Assembly (NCBI GenBank): GCA_963765495.1
Contig: CAVXWP010000001.1
Location: 1,120,001 to 1,184,000, forward strand
Direction of reading: 5' to 3'
Source of the DNA: Blastocatellia bacterium
GTDB lineage: Bacteria; Acidobacteriota; Blastocatellia; UBA7656
DNA length: 64,000 nucleotides
A program made the position numbers and the translations under genes. Position 1 is the first letter of the stretch. Every line of letters starts with the position of its first letter. Below the pieces are notes generated by a model. It had not been told where the DNA came from, searched no databases, and was given only the letters and a program-made list of their open reading frames with translations. Below, piece by piece: positions 56,144-64,000 of this stretch.

Positions 56144-57028
56144 TCAAGCAAGCTCGCTCGACTTGAGCCCTGCCTTGAGCGCCACGGCGAGCAGGAGCAA
56201 AACCGCGCCCGTCAGGATCATTGAGAGGGCCGAGCCAAAAGGCTGGTTCAATTGCGAGAATTGATTTTGTATTAGGTTGCCGATCATCACGGATTTTGCG
56301 CCGCCTAATAAATCGGGCGTGATGAAGGCTCCAAGCGACGGGATGAATACGAGCACGACTCCGGCAATAAGGCCGGGACGCGAGAGCGGCAATGTGACTT
56401 TCGCAAAGGTCCAGAAGGGATTGGCCCCCAGGTCCTGAGCCGCTTCAAGCAAACGGGTGTCGAGCCGTTCCAGCGCGACATAAACGGGTAAAATCATGAA
56501 GGGCAACTCGCCGTATACCTGTCCTAAGAGGACCGCGAAATCCGTATAAAGCAGCTTGAGCGGCTCATGTATCAATCCTGAATGCAGGAGAATCGAATTT
56601 ATTACGCCTTCGCTGCGAAGCAGCAATATCCACGCATAGGTCCTTATCAAAAAACTTGTCCAGAAGGGAATTACCGTCAGCACCAGGAGCATGCGCCTCC
56701 ATTTGACGGGCGCTCTCAAGGCTATGTAGTAAGCTGCCGGAAAGCTGACTATGACACAGAGCATGGTCGTGAGCGTTGCTATCCATATCGTGCGCCAGTA
56801 AGCCGCGAGGTAAAGCGGGTCTATCGAGCGCAGATAATTGACCGGGCTGAAATCATATATGATCCTGCCGTAGGGGCCGCGCACGGCAAAGCTCACGACG
56901 ATGATTACGATGAGCGGTCCAACGACAAAAGCGAGCAGCCAGACAAGCGCCGGCGCAAGCAACAGCCTTGCCGGTCTGTTGTTCTTTTCACCTGCGCGCA
57001 ACTTTACCTCTTTTTTACCTGTAGCCAT
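56144..57028 (-). CDS. potB: Polyamine ABC transporter permease (PotB-like)
   Basis: IPFWTSFLIRTYAW, LPFMILP, LLEAAQDLGA, FITPDLLGG; start at 57028 (ATG) or 57043 (TTG). Confidence 0.9.
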   Translation of the reverse strand: MATGKKEVKLRAGEKNNRPARLLLAPALVWLLAFVVGPLIVIIVVSFAVRGPYGRIIYDFSPVNYLRSIDPLYLAAYWRTIWIATLTTMLCVIVSFPAAYYIALRAPVKWRRMLLVLTVIPFWTSFLIRTYAWILLLRSEGVINSILLHSGLIHEPLKLLYTDFAVLLGQVYGELPFMILPVYVALERLDTRLLEAAQDLGANPFWTFAKVTLPLSRPGLIAGVVLVFIPSLGAFITPDLLGGAKSVMIGNLIQNQFSQLNQPFGSALSMILTGAVLLLLAVALKAGLKSSELA

Positions 57029-57039
57029 AACCTGCCGGA

Positions 57040-57417
57040 TCAATCAACATAGATGGCGATCACCGCGCGCTCTCTTTTTCTGAGCTTGCTGAAAAAGTCT
57101 CCCAGCCTTTTCATCAGGCCATATTTTTTATTGAGCAATCTGTGACCTCGCGCTGCGCCCTCCTCATCCTGAATGACGGTTCTTGCATCCACCCACTCGC
57201 CTTTCAGCTTTCCGCGAAAGTCACAGGGAGCTATGCGCGCGCGCGGGTTGTTGCGCAGGCGTTTTACTTTGCCCGCGTTGGCAAGCGAGTAGATGTAAAT
57301 CGCGCCATCGGTTTCGGCAAACCAGACGGGCGTTTGCACCGGGGCCCCGGTTTTTCTATAGGTTTCGAGGTTCAGGTATTGTTCATTCTTGAATTGAGCG
57401 AGCCTGTTATTGCTCAT
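57040..57417 (-). CDS. PPOX class F420-dependent oxidoreductase family (split-barrel) protein
   Basis: YLNLETYRKTG..TPVWF..GKVKRLRNNP..PCD.RG..KKYG; ATGA overlap with the potA stop. Confidence 0.88.
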   Translation of the reverse strand: MSNNRLAQFKNEQYLNLETYRKTGAPVQTPVWFAETDGAIYIYSLANAGKVKRLRNNPRARIAPCDFRGKLKGEWVDARTVIQDEEGAARGHRLLNKKYGLMKRLGDFFSKLRKRERAVIAIYVD

Positions 57418-58508
57418 AGGTTTTTCTCTTTCTGAGGGCGCAGCATCACGGCGCTTTGCGCCTCCCAACTGATTGTGACCGGCTGGCCGATCCTGTTTTG
57501 GGTCGAGCCGGAAGCTTCGCGGTTTTGCTCAAGGACGATTATCTCCTGCCCGCTTTCGATAACTATTCGCCACTGTGTGCTCTCGCCAAGATAGACGGCC
57601 GAGGCCACCCGTCCGCGCAGTAACCCACCCGAACCGTTTTGCGAAAGCGTGATCTTTTCCGGTCTGATCATAACGCGCACTCTGTCGCCGGGGTTGACCC
57701 CGTTGCTGAGAACTTCGATCTGCGCGTTGCCGAGACTTATGATCGAAATATGATCGCGCACATTTTCCACAGTGCCTTCTATGATGTTGGATACGCCTAT
57801 GAAATCGGCCACAAATTCGGTTTCGGGGCGTTCGTAAATCTCCTGCGCGCTCCCTATCTGCTCGATGTCTCCGGCGTTCATGACCGCCACGCGGTCGCTC
57901 ATCGTCAGCGCCTCTTCCTGATCGTGAGTCACATAGACAAAGCTGATGCCGAGCCGTCGCTGCAAGCTTTTCAATTCAAGCTGCATCTGTTTTCTGAGCT
58001 TGAAATCGAGAGCGGCGAGCGGTTCGTCAAGCAACAATACGCGAGGCTCAAGCACGAGCGCGCGAGCAAGAGCCACGCGCTGCTGCTGCCCGCCGGATAG
58101 CTCGGCAGGTCTTCTCTTTTCGAGCCCCGACAGGCGGACCATTTCAAGAGCCTTGACGACGCGCTTCTGTATTTCATTGCGCGCCACACGCCGCCGCTCC
58201 AATCCGAAGGCGCAATTATCGAATACGTCCATGTGAGGGAATAGCGCGTAGTGCTGAAACACCGTGGTGACATCGCGGCGGTAGGGTGGCACGTCCGTAA
58301 CATCGTGCCCGCCGAGTATTACGCGGCCTTCGTCGGGTATCTCAAAGCCCGCGATCATCCTGAGCAGCGTAGTCTTCCCGCAACCCGAGGGGCCCAACAG
58401 GGTCAGGAATTCAGCCCGACGCACGCCAAGCGATACTCGGTGAACCGCCGCGACATCGGTGAACTTCCTGGTGACGTTTACCAGTTCGACTTCTAAGGCA
58501 TCTTCCAT
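57414..58508 (-). CDS. potA: Polyamine ABC transporter ATP-binding protein (PotA-like)
   Basis: GPSGCGKTT, VFQHYALFPHM, LSGGQQQRV, VTHDQEEAL, TOBE domain. Confidence 0.92.
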   Translation of the reverse strand: MEDALEVELVNVTRKFTDVAAVHRVSLGVRRAEFLTLLGPSGCGKTTLLRMIAGFEIPDEGRVILGGHDVTDVPPYRRDVTTVFQHYALFPHMDVFDNCAFGLERRRVARNEIQKRVVKALEMVRLSGLEKRRPAELSGGQQQRVALARALVLEPRVLLLDEPLAALDFKLRKQMQLELKSLQRRLGISFVYVTHDQEEALTMSDRVAVMNAGDIEQIGSAQEIYERPETEFVADFIGVSNIIEGTVENVRDHISIISLGNAQIEVLSNGVNPGDRVRVMIRPEKITLSQNGSGGLLRGRVASAVYLGESTQWRIVIESGQEIIVLEQNREASGSTQNRIGQPVTISWEAQSAVMLRPQKEKNL

Positions 58509-58534
58509 CGCAACATACGATCTCCCGCCGTGGG

Positions 58535-58562
58535 TCTGAGATTTGAAATCTGAAATCTCAGA
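58535..58562. repeat. Short heptamer hairpin, TGAGATT/AATCTCA family
   Basis: TCTGAGATTT-gaaatctg-AAATCTCAGA between ligA and potA. Confidence 0.7.
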
Positions 58563-58565
58563 TAG

Positions 58566-60854
<2,289 letters not shown>

Positions 60855-60867
<13 letters not shown>

Positions 60868-61394
60868 CCGCAATCTCTTGCGGCCTGCACGTGCCGATGG
60901 CGTGAATTTGTAGACGGCAGCCGCGCGCCGGAAAACAGATGAATGTATGCATATACCTGGCCTCTGTGATGAGAGGCGTGTGTCAAGGTATTGATCAAGA
61001 TTTCGCCGATGGTAGCCCCCGTAGCATTCGGAAAATATATCTTCTTGGGCAGGTCCTGGTCTGTCAGGCGAGCAAAGGCTACCCGTCGCGTGCGCGCCGT
61101 TTCTTCCAGATAATCGGCTATATGCAAGCGTGTGGGAAGGGCCTCGCGTGTTATCCACTCGAAAGGCTCTTCCCAGAAATTGCTCGTAATACCGTTGAAT
61201 GCGTATTCGATGCTGCCGCCTATGTGGCTGATAAGTTCTCCACACGAATAGATGTGAATGAAGTCGGCGCTCTCAAACGGCTTCCAGTAAAGCCGGTCTT
61301 CCGGGATCAGGGCGAGCGCCTCCAGGAGGTTGCTGTGTATAGTCTCTAATTCGGAGTTCAGGACTTCGACCGTCGCCAATTTTACCTCACTCAA
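60855..61394 (-). CDS. DinB family protein
   Basis: LYWKP..SCGELISHI..THASHHRGQ metal-binding His pattern; GTG start. Confidence 0.85.
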
Positions 61395-61546
61395 GACTGA
61401 TCATCTGTCAAACTATCCGCTGTCAAGTCAAAAAGCAATTTTCTTACTGCGTAACACCAGTGAATAATATGCAGGCGGAAAAAATCTTTTGCAAATTTTT
61501 TACATCAAAGTGCCGTCTAAATGCGTCTAAGGTTATGAGGGACAAA

Positions 61547-61735
61547 ATGAAGATACTGGCATTTTTCAGAAACCACGCTCACTACTGGGGTATTCCCCAT
61601 CCTCGCAACACTGACGACCGTCTGGTTCAGACCTGCTACGAATGCGGAGCGGAGCGAGAAGTAAAAATCGAACTGCGCCCGTCGCCCGTGGATGGCGTCA
61701 TTATGCCTGCCCCGGGCGATCCGATGGCAGCCTGA
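61547..61735 (+). CDS. Small (62 aa) hypothetical protein with HxH..CxxC putative zinc site
   Basis: GAGGGA RBS; HAHYW..TCYECG; upstream ECF-like GCAAAT-N17-CGTCTAA; fills an otherwise empty gap. Confidence 0.6.
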   Translation: MKILAFFRNHAHYWGIPHPRNTDDRLVQTCYECGAEREVKIELRPSPVDGVIMPAPGDPMAA

Positions 61736-61755
61736 TATATTCAATCGACAGCAAA

Positions 61756-62757
61756 TCAGTGCAACGTGCGGTTCGGATCGTCGAATCCGAATATATCGCG
61801 ATAGGCGACCGCTGCCGACGAGACTATCCACGGCATCGTGACAAATATGCCGACGAAACAGGCAAAAGTTCCGCCCACGGCTATTGTCGAAAAGACAAGA
61901 CCGACAACCCACCACATCAGCGCATCGCGCGAAAAGATCAATCGCCCTACCTCGTTGACCGCCGCTGCTACGTCCATCTTGCGCTCCAGTATCAGCGGCA
62001 GCGTGAATCCGAGCAGCATGGTCAAAATCGGTACCACGATGAAAGCCACTATGGCAAATAGCCCCCCGTTCTTGCTTGCGCCAGTGAGACCGCCATATAT
62101 GACCGCGCTTATCAGGTAGGCAAGAAACGCCTGAAAGAATCGGCCTTCCCAGTTGAACAGATCGTGCATCTCGGGGCGCTCTCCGCGCATGGCCTTAAAC
62201 GCCATGCGAAAAAGCCCCATCAGCAACGGCCCGGCCAGTATGCCTATCGAAAGCACGCTAAATAGACCGCCCAGAAATGAAGCAAGCGACATAAGCGCCG
62301 CATTTTCTTTGTAGAGGTGCCATCCGCCTGAAAGCCAGTCGCCCAGAGAAATATTATTGTATCCGGTACCGGGATTGATCGGGGCCGGCTGCTGCGGCTG
62401 TACGTACTGCGGCTGCGCGTAGGGTGGTTGCGTGTACTGCGGCTGCGCGTAGGGTGGGGGTTGAGGCTGTTGAGGCGGTTGATAATATCCCGCCGGAGGC
62501 GCGTAATTTGGGTTAGGTGGCCGCTCGGGATATGGAGCGGGATTATCACGCACCGGCATAGTCGGGCGCTGCTGGTCGCCGGTTACCCGCTTTTCCGGCG
62601 GCAATCGCCACGTGCCCGCATCTTCTGTGGGAGAAGTGTCGGGCGGCAACCGCATCGTGTCGCTCTCCTCTTCTGTCAGCTGGATGGGCATGCCGCATCG
62701 TTTGCAGAAGTTCACTCCCGGTTCAAGATCGGCTCTACAATTCGGACAATAATTCAT
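61756..62757 (-). CDS. Zinc-ribbon, Pro/Gln-rich membrane protein
   Basis: CPNC..CKRCG N-terminus, PQY-rich linker, 4-5 TM C-terminus. Confidence 0.85.
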   Translation of the reverse strand: MNYCPNCRADLEPGVNFCKRCGMPIQLTEEESDTMRLPPDTSPTEDAGTWRLPPEKRVTGDQQRPTMPVRDNPAPYPERPPNPNYAPPAGYYQPPQQPQPPPYAQPQYTQPPYAQPQYVQPQQPAPINPGTGYNNISLGDWLSGGWHLYKENAALMSLASFLGGLFSVLSIGILAGPLLMGLFRMAFKAMRGERPEMHDLFNWEGRFFQAFLAYLISAVIYGGLTGASKNGGLFAIVAFIVVPILTMLLGFTLPLILERKMDVAAAVNEVGRLIFSRDALMWWVVGLVFSTIAVGGTFACFVGIFVTMPWIVSSAAVAYRDIFGFDDPNRTLH

Positions 62758-62879
62758 TCGTCTGGCTCCGCCTTAGCTTAACGATGAATGGCTGTTTATT
62801 GTTGCTTGCTTACACCCGTTCGAATTTGAGTGATATAAAGACACTCGCAATTTCTCGAACGATGATGATTTAGATTGTA

Positions 62880-63920
62880 TCACACGCGACCGATAGAGAC
62901 AGTCTGCGCCCCTTCGACAATGCGACCTATATCGTAGTATGTCTCACCTAGCTCGTCCAGATGCCGTCGCAGGCCGGCGGCATCATCGGCGCTCGTGACT
63001 ACGACCATGCCTATGCCCATGTTAAATGTTCTGTACATCTCCGGTTCGGGCACGTTGCCCAAGCGGGCGAGCAGGTCATAGACGGGCAGGACGGGCCAGG
63101 AGCCTTGAATGATACGGGCCGCAACACCTCTGGGAAGGATACGAGGAAGGTTTTCAAGCAATCCGCCGCCCGTGATATGAGCGAGACCCTTGATCACGCC
63201 CGATCCGATTAATCCTTCGAGCGCGCCGAGATAGCTTTTATGCGGCTTGAGCAACTCTTCGGCGACCGTGCAGCCAAACTCCTCAACCTGTGTATCGGGC
63301 GCATAGCCAGCCACTTCAAACAGTAATTTGCGCGCGAGGCTATAGCCATTTGTGTGCAGCCCCACCGAAGGCAGACCTGTCAGCACGTCTCCCACCTCGA
63401 TGCGCGAGCCGTCAATGATCTCTGAGCGATCAACCACGCCCACAATAAATCCGGCGATATCATATTCGCCGTCTGCATAAAATCCGGGCATCTCGGCCGT
63501 TTCGCCGCCAAGCAATGCGCATCCCGTTTCGCGGCATCCACGCGCAAGCCCTTCGATCACCTTTTCGATGGTGTCAGGCACTAGACGTCCGGCAGCGATG
63601 TAATCAAAGAAAAAAAGCGGGCGCGCGCCCTGCACAAGTATATCGTTCACCGAGTGGCACACCAGGTCGTACCCCACCGTGTTGTGAATGCCGGTCATAA
63701 AGGCCACACGGAGTTTTGTCCCCACTCCATCGGCAGAGGAAACAAGCACGGGTTCGCGCATGTCTCCGAAGTCGGCGCGAAACATGCCGCCGAACGAACC
63801 TATCTCGGTCATCACACCCGGCGTGAAAGTATCTCGCGCCAGACGCCTGATGCGCGCCACGGCATCGTTTGCGGCGTCTATATCAACGCCTGCATCGCGA
63901 TAACTGATCTCTTCGGTCAT
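62880..63920 (-). CDS. purM: Phosphoribosylformylglycinamidine cyclo-ligase (AIR synthetase)
   Basis: YRDAGVDI, DGVGTK, GGETAEMPG, HTNGYSL, HITGGG, TFNMGIG. Confidence 0.99.
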   Translation of the reverse strand: MTEEISYRDAGVDIDAANDAVARIRRLARDTFTPGVMTEIGSFGGMFRADFGDMREPVLVSSADGVGTKLRVAFMTGIHNTVGYDLVCHSVNDILVQGARPLFFFDYIAAGRLVPDTIEKVIEGLARGCRETGCALLGGETAEMPGFYADGEYDIAGFIVGVVDRSEIIDGSRIEVGDVLTGLPSVGLHTNGYSLARKLLFEVAGYAPDTQVEEFGCTVAEELLKPHKSYLGALEGLIGSGVIKGLAHITGGGLLENLPRILPRGVAARIIQGSWPVLPVYDLLARLGNVPEPEMYRTFNMGIGMVVVTSADDAAGLRRHLDELGETYYDIGRIVEGAQTVSIGRV

Positions 63921-63940
63921 AAGTTATTGCCAATCCGTAA

Positions 63941-64000
63941 GTGATACGTGAAGAATGATACGTGATGCGTGATTTACCCGCCTTGCAAGTCGCCCTTAAC
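63941..64000. repeat. Heptamer-armed hairpin element, GTGA/TCAC family, copy 9 (truncated by the window edge)
   Basis: GTGATAC-GTGAAGA-ATGATAC-GTGATGC-GTGATTT, then the core start ACCCGCCTTGCAAGTCGCCCTTAAC. Confidence 0.85.

Overview
64-kb bacterial chromosomal window with about 48 supportable CDSs and one tRNA. The gene content (ADOP-type permeases, DUF5916- and DUF4097-like proteins, BlaI/M56-TonB pair, pilBTCSR) suggests Acidobacteriota, probably Blastocatellia; this is inference. In order it holds: a membrane PAS/GAF histidine kinase; a Tat-exported flavin amine oxidase; a T2SS/T4P-like cluster (F-E-secretin+cohesin-G-G-PilM); a large M14 carboxypeptidase; gap-pgk-lipoprotein-tpiA-secG-tRNA-Leu(GAG); DUF47-pit; pilB-pilT-pilC-pilS-pilR; an SSS transporter; blaI-M56/TonB; mgtC; an ECF sigma/anti-sigma island (four DUF4097-like paralogues, a DUF5916-like protein, a PDZ protein, and a divergent ABC ATPase with two ADOP permeases); an HDAC; a ligA-potA-PPOX-potB-carbamoyltransferase-epimerase run; DinB; and purM. 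I found no CRISPR, prophage, IS or integrase. The most striking unexplained signal is non-coding: about 18 intergenic hairpin elements whose arms are tandem 7-mers (or 9-10-mers) in inverted orientation. Nine belong to one GTGA/TCAC family. Four of these share an ungapped 52-nt core, and a fifth matches it up to the window edge. The arms co-vary, often supply the upstream gene's stop codon, and place stops in all three frames. Also notable: a shared putative ECF promoter motif (TGMAAC-N16-NCACT), a candidate anti-SD sRNA, a Pho-box-like array over the pit operon leader, a degenerate carbamoyltransferase, and a clamp-binding-like motif inserted in LigA. All family assignments come from motif recognition by eye, not database searches.
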